A stretch of 64,000 nt of DNA from Octopus vulgaris (GCA_951406725.2 OX597815.1:80786001-80850000), one strand, 5' to 3'. Positions 41,961 through 56,199 are shown, counted from the stretch's first letter. The notes: generated from the sequence alone by a model not told the origin. Program-made: numbers and translations.

Positions 41961-42208
41961 CGCGGCGAGCTGGCTGACTCGTTAGCACGCCTGGTTAAAA
42001 GCTTAGAGGCTTTTCATCCGTCTTTACGTTCTGAGTTCAAATTCCACCAAGGTCGACTTTGCCTTTCATCCTTTCGAGCTCAATAAAATATATACCAGTT
42101 GAGCTCTGGAGTCGATTTAATTGACTTGATCCCTCCCCACCCCACCCCACCCCACCCCACCCCAAAAAACTGCTGGCAATGTGCCAAAATTTGAAACCAT
42201 TATTATTA
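41961..42208 (+). mobile_element. MetaSINE-like SINE monomer
   Basis: A/B boxes, core, (TTA)n tail. Confidence 0.9.
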
Positions 42209-43671
42209 TTCCCTGATCCTCCTTCCCCATCAGCTTCTTCTTTGTTCTTGTTCCTTACGAGATAGTTCATAGCATATATATTATGCATACAATCGTAGTC
42301 AATCTATTTTCGCCATTGGTCTCTAATCAGTGACAAAACCAGTAACTTCACTAAGTTTAGTAAACATCTGACTAGATTCTCATTAACTTGTAAAACATAA
42401 CCTATTTTCTTCCACATTAACGGGTGTCTACCCAGATGTTCATGCTGGTGGAGACTTGCAATGACCAGCATTATTGTAGCAACCACCCCACTAACTTATG
42501 ACAGAAAGTAGACCTTATCAGAGCGAAAGTAATTTATATAAAGCTTTTGAAATGGCACTTTTATAACTTATTCCATTTCACCGTCCAGATTTATAACAGC
42601 AGATTAAAGTTTTCATTATTTATTAAATCACAAAGATATCTATTTTATGAGTTTCAGTTAATTTGGGAAATAACATAAGAGGCACGCATGAATGAAAACA
42701 GTGAAATAGTATTTTGCTTTCCTCTTGATATTGCTTTTGGGCGTTTGTGTGCATTTAGCACTATCTACATTTTCTTTTCAGTTAATCATCATTATTGACC
42801 AAAGAAGTAATTCTAAGGCTGAGCATCACTTCTATTGTATTTCCTTCCATCACAAGATGGCTTCGTTGAAGAGGGAAGACCGTGGTAGGTGTAGCGGCTG
42901 CACAACGCAAAAAGCATATCCAGTAATGTGAAAGAAAGCCTTCCAGAGACGCTAGAACACAAATCGTGAAAAATGCTTGAAGAAGGAAGAATGTGAATTT
43001 TTATTGAGGACTTCTGATGTGAAAAGCGCTTTAGCTTACTGGCGCTATGTAAGAAGATCGAGGATTGCGTACCTAAGACTATACTGCTCAATTGTCAACG
43101 TAGTACAGTGTAATTTTAGGGATATCCGACTGCTGTTTTTGCAGGCAGAGGAACCACTTGCAGGCATTCACATTAACTCGAAAGGTTTATGAAAGAGGAT
43201 TAGACAGCTAACCACTAGATTTCTGGCTTAGAAGGTTTCTTTCAGCCGATACATGTCACCAGTTTCCGTAACATTAAGCTGATGTGAAATAATATTCTAC
43301 TGGAATATTCGCTGTTATATTATGCGTTTGTTTTCTCCCTATAGAAAATAAGCTTTTCACTGCAAACCAACGACCACTGCTGCAACATTAAATTATGCCA
43401 ACTCATGGTTGTTACTTAGGGTTAGACGAATTCATTAGCTTTGATCTAAATGTCTTTTTTATAGACATAATGCAGTGGCTTCTCTGGCAGGAAACGAACC
43501 TGTCGACCACTTTACTAACGGATACTCTACTGAAACGGCCACTAGAAACGAGATATTAATTTTACTAGGCTGCAGAAGCATTTTTGAAGCTATAAAAATT
43601 AAAATAATGATATCGGCGCGCCAAAGTTGCTAAAATAATTAAAGTTATCAGCATATCTATCTATCTATCTA

Positions 43672-43716
<45 letters not shown>

Positions 43717-43849
43717 TGATATGAGTATATGTCTATGTGTGTATATATATATGTGTGTGTTGTGTTTGTGTGTGTGTGTATGTGAATTAATCAGCCGAAA
43801 TTACTACGATGATCCGGTTCTTGACTGAAGACTGAGGTATAACCAGAGA

Positions 43850-44921
43850 ATATCATATGTAGACCACCCGGGAGCGTCCGTCGGCCATAAAACTCCCAAT
43901 TATAATCGAACTCAGCACTCAACTCACACTAGCGATAATTCTAATTTAAACTCCAAACAACGTATAGGAAATAGGCGAACTAATAGAATAGCACACAATA
44001 GTAACCCTCCCGACGAGAGCAATATAGATCCTATTAGGAGAAATAGAAGGGATAATAGTAGATTACGCAAATATATATGGTTCAACATACCTTACAACTT
44101 AGCAGTTAGGGGTAAGTTATGTAAGAGAATATTCTCTATCATTTCCAACAACTTCCCACCCACCCACAAGTATAGAAGTATCTTCTCCAACAAAACCATT
44201 AGGATTTCCTACTCTACCCTGCCCAACATGAGCTGCCTCATAGCTAAACATAACTATAGTAATATTAGAACAGCTAGATCAAGAGCAAACCATAGCGACC
44301 AACAGAACCCCCCTCATCTAGACAGTAGACAATATAACCATACTGGCAGCCATACTACCAGTTAGCAATAACACCCGCCAACACAACAGAGGAAATACTA
44401 CACCCATCAACAACCAGGAGGATATCAACGCCCCCACTCGTATTTCAACACCTCCGCCTGGGATTAGCAGCACACGACCGAATAATGCAATGCAATGCAA
44501 CTGCAGATGTGCATCAGAGTGCCCGCTGCAGGGCGCATGTAGGGCGAAAAACGTAATATATTCATGTGAGGTGAGTACTCAGTTTAACACACTCACCTAT
44601 ATTGGTTGCTCAACCTCCTGGAAATCCAGATACTACAACCACCGGTCCTCGCTGAGACACAGACATAAGGCTAACAGCACCTCCCTTTCTAAAAGAATTT
44701 GGGAATTAAAAGACAAATGCATAGGCTTCAAACTCAGATGGTCCATCATCGGATCAGCTGCACCTTATTTAAATAATAGAGCAGGATGCCAACTATGTTG
44801 TGTAGAACTCCTGAACATCTTGAAATTCAAAGACAAACACAATCTTATTAACAAAAGGTCAGAGTTCAAACCATCCTGTATACACAAACTTATTAATACT
44901 TTCAAATACTACAAAGCTTAG
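43850..44921 (+). pseudogene. PLE linker + GIY-YIG endonuclease (one frameshift between 44322 and 44362)
   Basis: YIWFNIPYN..FPPTHKYRSIF..ISYSTLPNM..HN; CNCRCASECPLQGAC; VIY..YIG; RYYNH; CQLC..E; NKRSE..CIH. Confidence 0.9.
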
Positions 44922-46806
44922 GTTTTATACCAACTCCCCCATGCAATTTCCTCCCACCCGGTGCAACCTGTCGGCTCCAGCACATCCCGCTTTCCTATAT
45001 GTGCGTGTATATGCGTATGTGTGTGTGTATGTATATGTATGTGCACATATGTGTACGTATATGTACATATATATATATATATATGTGCGTGTGTGTGTGT
45101 GTGTGGGTGTGTGTATGTGCATATATGTTTCCCTGCATTTTCCTCCTATATATACAAATTTTGTCTCCCATATATGACTTCTTTTCCCTAAATATTTCTT
45201 CTCCTACACCCATATCCTTCCTATATAGTCTCTTTACTTCCCTATATCTATACCCTTTCACATTTCTAACTCGGATGTTGAACGCACACCGCCAAACTCC
45301 ACTTCCCACCCTTCCAATTTTCAGTTCCCCCCGCCCGCCCCTACGCGGGCACTTTTAACACACACCTCTAACTTTCAACCACCTTCATCTCATATTAAAC
45401 TTTACCAAATTATATTTTTATCTTATTTTATTTTATTTTTATCTTTACTTTTATTTTTACTTTTATTCTACTTCCATTTATTCTCATTTTTATTTTCATC
45501 CCTTACCTTAACTCTTATAATTTTTATAATTTTTATTTTTCATTTCTAACTATTACATTGTATTTCTTATTTTATACTGTATTTCTTACTTTTATTTCTA
45601 ATTTTTACCCTTACCCTCATTCTTACCCCTAACCTATCGCTTTACATCTCTATATATGTTTATTTACTTACCTATGGATCCACTTTTTGACTATACGAGC
45701 GTCCGTGTACGTATGTGTGCGCATACATACATATACACGCGCATATATGTACATACATATTCTAATATCTTATAGCTATACCCATATGCGCGTATGTCTC
45801 TGTGTGTGTATGTAAGTGTATGTGTGTACGCACATACGGACACACAACCGTGTGTGCGTGCACGTATAGACATGAGTACGTGATTCTTTACATACGTTCT
45901 TATATACATCCTTTAATATCTTATATCTAGACCTGGAAGCGTGGGCATATGCGTGTGTGTATGTAGGGATGGGCGCGCATATGTACATGTGAGTGTGTAC
46001 ACGTATAGTGTCCGTGTATACATGCGGATATTCTGTTGTATGTATGTATGTGTACGCACGTGCGTGTGGGTGTGTGTGTGTTTATGTACATGCTTACACG
46101 CGAGTGCGTGTGTAGGCTTATAGGCTTGGAGGCGTATATGTACGCGTGTATATGGGTGTATGTATCCATGATGGTATGTATGTACTAGAAGTCCAATTAA
46201 TTCAAGGAACCAGATTAAACGCTCAACAGCTCTGATTTACAACACATTAGGTCCCCAGACGAAACTGTTGATTTACTGACAATTCTACAACTAAATTTTA
46301 TCAATCTCCTGACCACCATGCTTGGTCCGTAACCTCTATACATCCCTTATCTTTATATTTTTTTACATTTTTATCATGTTTTTTTACTTTTATTTCTATT
46401 TCTATTTCTATTTTTATTTCTATTTCTATTTTTACTTTATAACCTTATGCCTTTACATTTATTTATATTTCTTTATATTCTTTATACCCCCTTTACATCT
46501 CCTTATATCTCTTTATATCTTTATGCTCTACATTTTTATATTTTTATATTTTTATATACTTACACTTTTTATACATTTTTTATCCCTCGTCCTGAATTCT
46601 CGCCCCTCCATCTTCAAGTCTATATATGTATTTATTTATTTACATTACTTCAACATCCAATTTTCCTCATTCTACATTGAGAGAAGAAAGAGATGGACGC
46701 TTCAATTCTATGCTGCTGCCGCATTATGTCGTACGCGAATGAGAGGATTTGCATCCCCAACCAAGAATTTTTGATGTAACACATGTCCTTGTGGAAGCTG
46801 TTGTGC

Positions 46807-46884
46807 GCGGCTGAAGAAGGCCACAGACATACATTATGCATTGTTATAAATCTGTCTAATAAAGGCCCGAAACATATGTACCGC
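46807..46884 (+). ncRNA. Hammerhead ribozyme motif, type I, palindromic stem III
   Basis: GCGG-CUGAAGA-AGGCC..GGCCC-GAAA-CAUAUG-UA-CCGC. Confidence 0.85.
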
Positions 46885-46986
46885 TGAATCCTTCGTATCA
46901 TGTTTTTATTTTGATCAATTTACTCCACCACCTACACCACCAAACGGTATACACAGGTGCTTATAATTATCAAGTACTCACCCCGA

Positions 46987-47038
<52 letters not shown>

Positions 47039-47131
47039 TTCTGAAATAATAGCTTGCTGAACAAAATATCCAACCAAGTCCATTATGATTCGCCCATTAT
47101 CGCTTTGTCTCAGCCTTCTTAATTTTCACTT

Positions 47132-47185
<54 letters not shown>

Positions 47186-49435
47186 GTTTATTCCTCTCTA
47201 TCCTCCTATATATAAAAATATATATTTCTCTGAACTTCTAGTGCACTTGTTTAATGTTTATTTTTAATGTTTGCCTTTTGTTGTTTTTTCAATATTATTA
47301 ACAAGTAACATAATGATGTTGCCAATCTAAAGATTAAAGTAGTTTTAGTTTCAACATATAAATACCCTTTTCTCTCCCCGGCGACCTCCTAGCAAATACA
47401 CACCAATCTCATTTTTTTTTCTGTTTGTCGCTTATATAATTACATCGTAATTCTCTTTTAATCTAATATCAGCCGTGTTGAGAGGGTTCCTACGTTGAAT
47501 GTGTCCCTGTGTACCGCAGTGCTATTCATATTATAATCTGAGCAGTATGTTGTACTTATTACATCTTTGATCTTCATATATTTCATTTAATCATCCGCAC
47601 TACACTGATTGCTATTGATACTTTCTATTCTTCATTTCTCGCTTCGTACTTTTTCTAGACAAATTTTTAGCGCGATATATTGTTTTACGTTTTTACTCTT
47701 TTATTCTTTATTTTTACCAATATCAGTCCTGGAGCACTGCCGTCAAGAGATTTTAGCCGACTGCATCACCCTCGGTATTTATTTTTATCGGAAACTCTCT
47801 TTAAGTAATCGTAAGTCACAGGCGCAACTCCACACAGAAGCTTACCCTGGTAAACATGGAAAATGCATCGGCACACATTCGGAGTACAGTAATGTAAGTC
47901 TTGCTTGATGTTTGAAGACAGGTTTCTTTTCTGACCATGCATGGGAAAACTAATGTTTGTGAAATTTTGACAATGGTATATGGTATAGACGTAGAATGTG
48001 TAATGAAAACAACAACAGATCGTGGAGTCTTGCTTCTGTAGCGATATAGGGGGTTCTAGTTGCGTGAGGAGCTTGATATACAAAACTGTTTATCCATATT
48101 CCTGCAGTAATGAGGGAACTATCTTGTTTTGCAAAATGTGAAGTAAACCTCCTACGCAGATCCTATCTCTCTATGCTTCAGTTCGACTACTATTCACTTC
48201 AGTACTTTGAACTACGAAGTAAGATCTCGATGGATGAAGGCTAGTAGAAGCAGACTAAAGCTTGTAGAAGCAGACTTATGCTGACAGAGTTCGGGATGTC
48301 AAACGACTACCGATCAGATATCATTGCATAAATAAGGCCAAATCTCTGAAACGAAGCTGAACTACCAAGTTCGAAATTTAAGCCTATCTAAATTGATCAG
48401 AACTTCTCATTTATCAGAGCTTCGTCCATACACTTTACATCACGTCATCTGATCTACTGAAAGTTGTTAAAAACTATTATTACAGTAGAGCTAAAATAAT
48501 ATAAACAATTAAATTCAATACCAGAAATAATATAATAAGTTTAAATATTGCCGATTCCTGTCATAATTTGTAGCTTAAATATAAATTCGAACTTAAATAG
48601 GAAAACCTCACAACTATTTATTACATTCCGAAGTCAACATCTTTAAAGCTCACATAGATACCATCATATCTACGTGAGATATGATGTCCGCCACATACGT
48701 ACACAGATTAAAACAATTGGGTGGAGGAAAATATATAGAAGCAGACAAATGTATACTATAGAAAAATAAGAAAAAACATGAAATATAATTAATATAATAT
48801 GAATATGAAGCAAGTTAAGCTTAGAGAAGGGCTCAAATAAAGACAAAACAACGAAACTATTTTTGCAGGAATCAAACCGAAAGTAAAGAAATATGCTATA
48901 ACAAAAGTTAGTATCACGTTTGATACTAGGCAGTGAAGAATTAAAATAATATAAAAACGAACAATGGGTCAAAGGCATTGAACTAGCGAAAAAACGGAAA
49001 TTGAGATTTTAGCTGAATAAAATCAATGGTTAACCACACAAAGGGAAAAAAATCTAATGAAGTAGAGTAAATAAGTTGCTTGTGTCAACTCCAAGCTACG
49101 TAATCAATATAGATAATTAAACACCACTTTTGCAGTTTCGTATTTCATGTAAAAACATTTCATTCTTCGTTTTGTCTTGTTAGTTAGCAATATCACTGGA
49201 GCAATATGCAGTCACTTCTATAAGAAAACTCATAATAGGCTGGTAGAAATCATATACCAAATACAAAAATGAGAGAATGGCATGGCTATTGTTCTCTACG
49301 GTAGAGCAAACCTTTTTCGACTGGCGAAGACAGAAATAAAAGCCTCTGCTCTATGATAGATATCTCGATTTCTTCTGAACAACATACATGAATGACGGTC
49401 AAAAGGCTAACATTGTACAATGATTTCAATATGAT

Positions 49436-49804
49436 AACAAGAGCACTCAGAGAGTGCAAACCTCTGCCAAGGCAAAATTCTCTGAAGGATTAGCCAGAGA
49501 TATTTAAAATAAGAAGATCTGAAATAAACACGACTGTTCTCACAAACGAAAACACTAAAAATGAACCCGACCGCTCTCAAAAATTAAGTAAAAAAAAACG
49601 GGAAAATAATCCAGAATCCTTGACCGGTACCTGACAGATCCCAAAATCTAATCATCAGTTCGTGCCAGTTACAAGGCCAAACATCCCTTGAAAGTTTCAT
49701 CCGAATCCATCCAGCAGTTCTTGAGATATCTTGTCCACGGACAGATAGACAAACAAACGCGACTGAAAAACAATACCTCCGCCATAGCGAAGGCGGAGGT
49801 AATA
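49436..49804 (-). mobile_element. Helentron-associated non-autonomous element (HINE/DINE-1-like)
   Basis: 5' ATTACCTCCGCC..GGCGGAGGT inverted motif, 3' subterminal GGCAGAGGT, hairpin GCACTCTCTGAGTGC, terminal CTTGTT. Confidence 0.82.
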
Positions 49805-49828
49805 AACAATTTCGGTATGAGCAATACT

Positions 49829-50100
49829 TTTTGTGGGGCGTTCATTCTACAAAGCTCTGACTAGGCTTGGAGTTACTTGTGCAGCAAAGAGGAAGGTTAT
49901 AAATTCCTTTACTGAAGCTGTGGAGAAGGCCAATTGGTGGCTTTCCATAAAGGGAGTAGGCTAGTGGTTTGCTGTTACAAGGTTGCAAGCTGGAACATGA
50001 TCAATCCTGGCTTAATCCACTGGGTGAGAGATCCTGTTGCTGGAAGACACGAAGTCACTTTGAGATCTCAGAAACATCATTAACGAAGCATCCCAGGGCA
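49829..50100 (+). mobile_element. 3' end of RLE-type (Hero-like) non-LTR element
   Basis: FVGRSFYKALTRLGVTCAAKRKVINSFTEAVEKANWWLSIKG resembles the GF..S..LG..AE.AS.WLW C-terminus; clade call tentative. Confidence 0.55.
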
Positions 50101-50469
50101 ACTGTGAGTCGTACTTGGAGCTAAAAAAAAAAATTTTAAGTATGATGTTAAAGAAAATTAAATTAAAATATAACACAAACCAGCATCTACAATTTTCGAT
50201 TCCATCCAAAAACTAGTCCGGCTTTGTACAGTACACATGATTTACAGGGCAGTCAATTAAATGATACAGCTTGCATTGCTAATATCTACATAACCATCTC
50301 CCATAATTTACATCCATTTCAGAAGAAAAATCAGCAACACTGAAAAGTACAAGGGACCAACTTAACCAATTCAATACCTCCGCAAATTAGAGTTCTTCTC
50401 ACTCTCCAAAAGCTAATAATAAACCTCAAGAAGACAGAGACGCACCTGATGATACACAATGCAATTGAT

Positions 50470-50516
<47 letters not shown>

Positions 50517-50696
50517 GTAATAAATAAAAATATATGCATACATACAAACATATATGTACGTACCTACATCTACATGTATATATACATGCATATATAAATA
50601 AATATACGTGAGTACAGGACACCACAACAAGACGTAGAAACGGAAAAAACAAAAATTTACAACAAGAAAACAAGTACAGGACATATATATATATAT

Positions 50697-50774
<78 letters not shown>
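50697..50774. repeat. (AGAT)n microsatellite
   Basis: Direct reading. Confidence 0.95.
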
Positions 50775-50775
<1 letters not shown>

Positions 50776-50878
50776 TATCATATATTAATTATATATATTA
50801 TTTTATTATTTGTTATTTATGTATTGGTTTATGCCTATCACTGTTTGAGTTGCATAATAGTGGTTTTATCACTAATTC

Positions 50879-50915
<37 letters not shown>

Positions 50916-51014
50916 CCACCAACATTTATGTGTATATGAGTGTGCGAATATCTATCTATCAATTGATCTATGTGTGTGTGCGTGTGTGTGTGTATAGTTG
51001 TAATATTTTTTTTA

Positions 51015-51731
51015 TATTCTAGGCACAAGGCCCGAAATTTTTAGAGAGAGGCCCAGTCAATTAGATCGACCCCAGTACGCTACTGGCACTTAATTTATCG
51101 ACCTTGAAAGGATGAAAGGCAAAGTCGACCACGGCGTAATTTCAACGCAGAACGTAAAAGCAGACGAAATACCCCGAAACATTTCGCCCGGCGTGATAAC
51201 GTTTCTTATTTCTTTATTGCCTACAAGGGACTACACACAGAGGAAACAAACAGTACAGACAAACAGATTAAGTCGATTATATCGACCCCAGTGCATAACT
51301 GGTACTTATTTAGATTTATACCTGTGAACATATGTAACTTATTTCCTCGTCACAATCATGAAAAGCTTGACTTCACAAAACCAGAAAGGACACGACTAAT
51401 TAAGAAATTGAAATTACATGCCATTCATGGAACAGTGGAAATAAGTTAAGCATTTCTGAAGTTTAGCCTGTAATATATACATTTGTCTAGACAGGCAAAC
51501 ATGTATGCGTGTACATAAATCCTTTCTACAATGGGCACAAGGTCTGAAATTTCTGTGAAAGGGGATAAGTCGATTACATCGACCCACGGCGTAACTGGTA
51601 CTGATTTCATCGACACTGAAAGGATGAAAGGCAAAGTTGACCTCGGCGGAATTTGAACGCAGAACGTAACGGCAGATGAAATACCTCTAAGCATTTTTCC
51701 CGGTGTGCTAACGATTCTGCCATGCTCGCCG
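51015..51731 (-). mobile_element. Two MetaSINE-like SINEs (51015-51310, 51522-51731)
   Basis: Family match; second copy has TSD GTAT(G/A)CGTGTACATAA. Confidence 0.88.
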
Positions 51732-52155
51732 TATACGTGTACATAATTCAAATTACAGATTGACGTACAAAATATCATGCATGCACACATATATGACCAT
51801 TTAGTTGATGTTGTCTAAATTCCAATGAAAGAGCCAATCTCCTTTCTCTATTAGTACGAAATACTAAAAGTAATGTTAAGACATAGATGCACACATAATG
51901 CATTCATACATTTGCATATATATGTATATGTGAGTATATAGGTAACACACACACACATTTGTGCGTGTGTGTGTGTGTAGGCTTATACACAAGCAGTCAA
52001 CTATGGGTGCAGTGCACTGCATCTGGTAGCAGAAACAACTATAAGCTAATGGAACTTTTAAAATAATTTCTTATTCCTTGTCATTTATTTAATTTCTTAT
52101 TACTGTTTTGTACTCGTCTGACGCTACCAATATACGTTACGTGTATATGTGTGTG

Positions 52156-52204
<49 letters not shown>

Positions 52205-52378
52205 GTATGCATACATATATTTATATATATCTATATATACATACATACGTATACATGCATAGATATATTTATATATATATATATATATATACACGTATAC
52301 ATACATATATATATATACATACATACACACGTATACATGCATATATATATATATATATATATACATACATACACACGT

Positions 52379-52433
<55 letters not shown>

Positions 52434-53167
52434 GTTTACTTGTAGGTAGGTAGGTATATTTACAACAAAATCGTTATCCCACATCAAGTACATCGAATTG
52501 CAGAGGTTCTCAATCAAAGGGGTCCCCCCACCATTTTCTCCTTTATTTACATTTTGGAATAAACTTTTTTCCCTATATGTCTGTAAGACAAGCACATAGC
52601 ACGTGCTTGTTTGAGATATCTGCAATCGGTATTTGGATAACAAAACCTGTTGACACCGATCACACAGTATCACCGCTTTCTCGTGACTTACAATTACAAA
52701 TATCAGTTGTGAGTGACACAACACCTGACCAATACAGACAGACGACCTTATGAACTTTCTGCGCCGAACTCGACACATATTAAACCAGCAAGCAAATATA
52801 AACAAATAACTTTATTACTGCGTAGCGAAAGGTGCGAATGCGCGGGCGTGTATAGAGATGACGATAGTAGGACTCAATGCCATACACCGTTTAATATCTC
52901 TTAAAGACTTTCTTCAATTCTCACCGAGGTCGACTTATTAATATGTTTTACGTGGATTGATAAAATCCCAACACCCATCAAGTACCGGGATTTGACCAAA
53001 TGTGGTTTACCTATAAAGGGTTTGTTTTTTTTTTGTCAACTTTATTAAAATCGGGACAGTAGCAGACCACGGTTCCTATAAAATTTTACTTATGTCCTTC
53101 TTTGTTTTTGTTTTTTTCTTTTTCATTTCCTGAGTTAAAATGACGCCCGAGTCAGTAAAATTATTCG

Positions 53168-53572
53168 TTTCAAATTTTGGCAGGTCAGCAATTCAAGGGA
53201 AGGAGGGTAAGTCGATTACATCGACCCCAGTGATCAACTGGTACTTATTTTATTGATCCCAAAAGGATGAAAGGCAGAATATGAACACAGAACGGTAAGA
53301 CGGACGAAACGGCGCTAAGCATTTTGCCCGGCGTGTGAACGAATTTGTCAGCTCGTCAACTAGGGTCAGTAAAATTATTAGTTTAAAATTTGGCACAAGG
53401 GCAACAATTTAGAGGGAGGTGGTAAGACGATTACATCGACTCTAGTGCGCACCTGGTATTTTTCCTTTTATCGACCCCGAAAGGCAAAGAGAAGTCGAAT
53501 TCGGCAGAATTTGAACTCAGAACGAGTAGACGTAAAAAATTCCGCTAAGCGGTTCCGCCAGCTGTTCGACCT
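53168..53572 (-). mobile_element. Two tandem MetaSINE-like SINEs
   Basis: Family match, separated and flanked by the same 19-mer. Confidence 0.85.
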
Positions 53573-53650
53573 GGGTCAGTAAAATTAATAGTCAGTTATT
53601 GCTTAAACTGAATTTACTAGAGGTTTTCATACTCAATAATAAACGTTACT

Positions 53651-54053
53651 AAGGTGGCGAGCTGGCAGAAACGTTAGCACGCCGGGCGAAATGCGTAGCC
53701 GTATTTCGTCTGCCGTTACGTTCTGAGTTCAAATTCCGCCGAGGTCGACTTTGCCTTTCATCCTTTCGGGGTCAATTAAATAAGTACCAGTTACGCACTG
53801 GGGTCGATATAATAGACTTAATCCGTCTGTCTGTCCTTGTTTGTCTCCTCTGTGTTTAGCCCATTGTGGGTAGTAAAGAAATAGGTATTTCGCCTGTCTT
53901 TACGTTCTGAGTTCAAATTCCGCTGAGGTCAACTTTGCCTGTCATCCTTTCTGGGTCGATAAATTAAGTACTAGTTGCGTACTGGGGTCGATATAATCAA
54001 CTGGCACCCTCCCCAAAACTTTCGGGGCCTTGTACCTAGAGTAGAAAAGAATA
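53651..54053 (+). mobile_element. Dimeric MetaSINE-like SINE
   Basis: Reverse complement of 2283-2679. Confidence 0.92.
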
Positions 54054-54755
54054 TTGTTGCTATTTTTTTTATTAAATACACAAGCGGAAAGAAATAGGTA
54101 TCCTTGTATTTCGTTATGTTCCTTTATATTGTTACGGGTTCAAATCATGTCAAGTTAGTAAAATCTTAACATTCATCGTCATGAACTCGATAGAATAAGT
54201 ACTAGTCAAATACTAGGATCTTCTGACTATAGAGTCGTCATCTCCAGCTTTATAACAACGGTACAAATTAGGCACACGAATCTTCAATTACATCGGTGAC
54301 ACTGTCTTTTCGATACTGTGTACAGCCGTTTGTGTAGCTTTATAACAAAGCGCTATTGATAAGCATAGACACGGTACATTAGGGAATTTCTAGGCTGAAC
54401 CAAAGGTGAAGGTTACGCGTGTCTGCGGAACACTTAGCCAGTTATATGTTAATTCAATGAGTAGGTAATTCGGATGATCGAACAAGTAAATAAGCATCAT
54501 TGAACGGCGGAGATTCACTAGCATCATGTGTGTGTATGTGTGTGGTTGTTACATGGCTCGCGTTAGCCCTTTACTTATCTGAATTGAGTTTTGCCTATTG
54601 GCACAGAAGATTTTCCAACTTCTCTGAAGACCTTGTCTGGCTACAGGTGGAACTCAGGGTAGCAAGAGGCTGACTCGATCAAAATAGAATATCGTCAATC
54701 TCCACCATAGAATAGAATACTTTTGTCCGACAGTTAATACTACACACACACACAC

Positions 54756-54817
<62 letters not shown>

Positions 54818-55042
54818 GGAAATTACTTGATACAGTTATATTTAGAGAAAGATTTTTTCAAAAGTTAAGATTAAGATAAAGACTTTTTTGAGAGTAGAAT
54901 GATACTAACCTTTAGGAAAGAATTTCACAAATTCTCTGTAGGCTTTAATAAATGTGCAAGCGCTTTCAGCTCTCAACGCTATTAAGCACGTGTTATAACT
55001 ATTGCATATAGCGGAAGTTATTTTAGGTGAAGTTGTTGATTA

Positions 55043-55917
55043 TTTCCAGTTTAGTTTCGGATTCAGATACCTTATAAAATCTTCTTTTGTCTTTCGAAGA
55101 GGATCGTTTTCTTCATTTATTTTATAAAACGGAAATATTGTGCATTTTTCTTGGGCACAGGTGTCTAAGTGGTTGTTACATGGCTCGCATCTAAGCAAAG
55201 GATGTTTTATTTGGTGTCAGTGCACATTTAGACGGTTAGTAAATTTTGTTTTTGTTTCTCCAACGTAGCTTTCATTGCATCGTGGGCTTGTAATACAGTA
55301 TATCAGGTTATTGGTTTTGCAGTTCATATATGCATTTACCTTTAATTCCTTCCTATTTTTCAATTTTTTAGCTGATCCCTGTTCGATTAATTCGCATGTA
55401 CCATATCGAAGATCTCCACACTTGGTTACTTACATGGTTTCTTTCTCTGATGTGAATCTTGCCTTGGTTAAAAGTCTCTTAAGGTTTGGTAGTTGTCTTC
55501 AGCTGTTGCTGATCTGTTGTTCTTTAAGTATTTGTCGGAGACTTGGGAACTGGTGTAGAATTAATAGGAGGCGAATGGCTGATTGTAGAATATTGTGGTT
55601 CATGGGATTGTGGGTGATAACAAATGGAATATTTTTTTTATATGTGTTTTCTCGTTTATCCTCAGTGTGAGTGCCTTTTTATAAGGTAGAGATTGGGATA
55701 TCCTTAGCTTTAGTCATAACTCGGTCTATTAGTTTTGTGGGGTATTTTTGTTTTTTAAGGAACAAGTTGAGTTCTGCAAGTCGTCTTTCTCGTCTATTTG
55801 TATCCGAAACTATTGTGCATATTCGTCTTGCCACATTAAAAGGTATGTTTCTTTTTATGTGGGAAGGATGGCAAGATCTAAAGTCTAAGTATTGGTGTGT
55901 GTCCGTCTTTTTATAAT
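55043..55917 (-). pseudogene. Neptune-like PLE thumb + linker + GIY-YIG remnant
   Basis: YYKKTDTHQYLDFRSCHPSHIKRNIPFNVARRI; KCGDLRYGTC; MNCKTNNLIYCI..YVGET; IFPFYK; NPKLN; several stops. Confidence 0.9.
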
Positions 55918-55934
55918 AGAGATCAGTTGTAATA

Positions 55935-56180
55935 ATTTACCCAGCAGAAAACAGCATTTCACAGAAGCACGCTGTTCTCTCGTTTCCGCCATCGCAAAAA
56001 TCGACGAACTGGAGAGAAACACAGCAAAACAAAGACGCACCACGTAGCAGTACGAGTGGATCTGGAGACGCCGGTCGGAAGACTGCTGCCTTAGGGACAT
56101 ATCATATAGCGGCGGAAGCCTGAACTACAACAGGTTTGTCCCACAGAGAACGTTTCCGGTTACTTTTGAGTTTCCCTTGT
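55935..56180 (-). mobile_element. Mariner 5' end fragment
   Basis: TA-CAAGGGAAACTCAAAAGTAACCGG terminus; MAETREQRASVKCCFLLGK. Confidence 0.75.
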
Positions 56181-56199
56181 ATAGACCATGGGATTGAAC

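Larger units (their letters stand above)
43850..46990 (+). mobile_element. 5'-truncated Naiad-like Penelope retroelement with long simple-repeat 3' UTR and hammerhead
   Basis: Coding remnant 43850-44921, hammerhead 46807-46884, ends in (TA)n. Confidence 0.8.

Noticed and set aside
44490-44921. Selenocysteine recoding as reported for some Naiad PLEs
   Set aside because: No in-frame TGA at the cysteine positions.
55216-55222. In-frame TGA in the Neptune-like GIY-YIG as recoding
   Set aside because: Sits at an Arg position (VHR), consistent with CGA->TGA decay; other stops are present.
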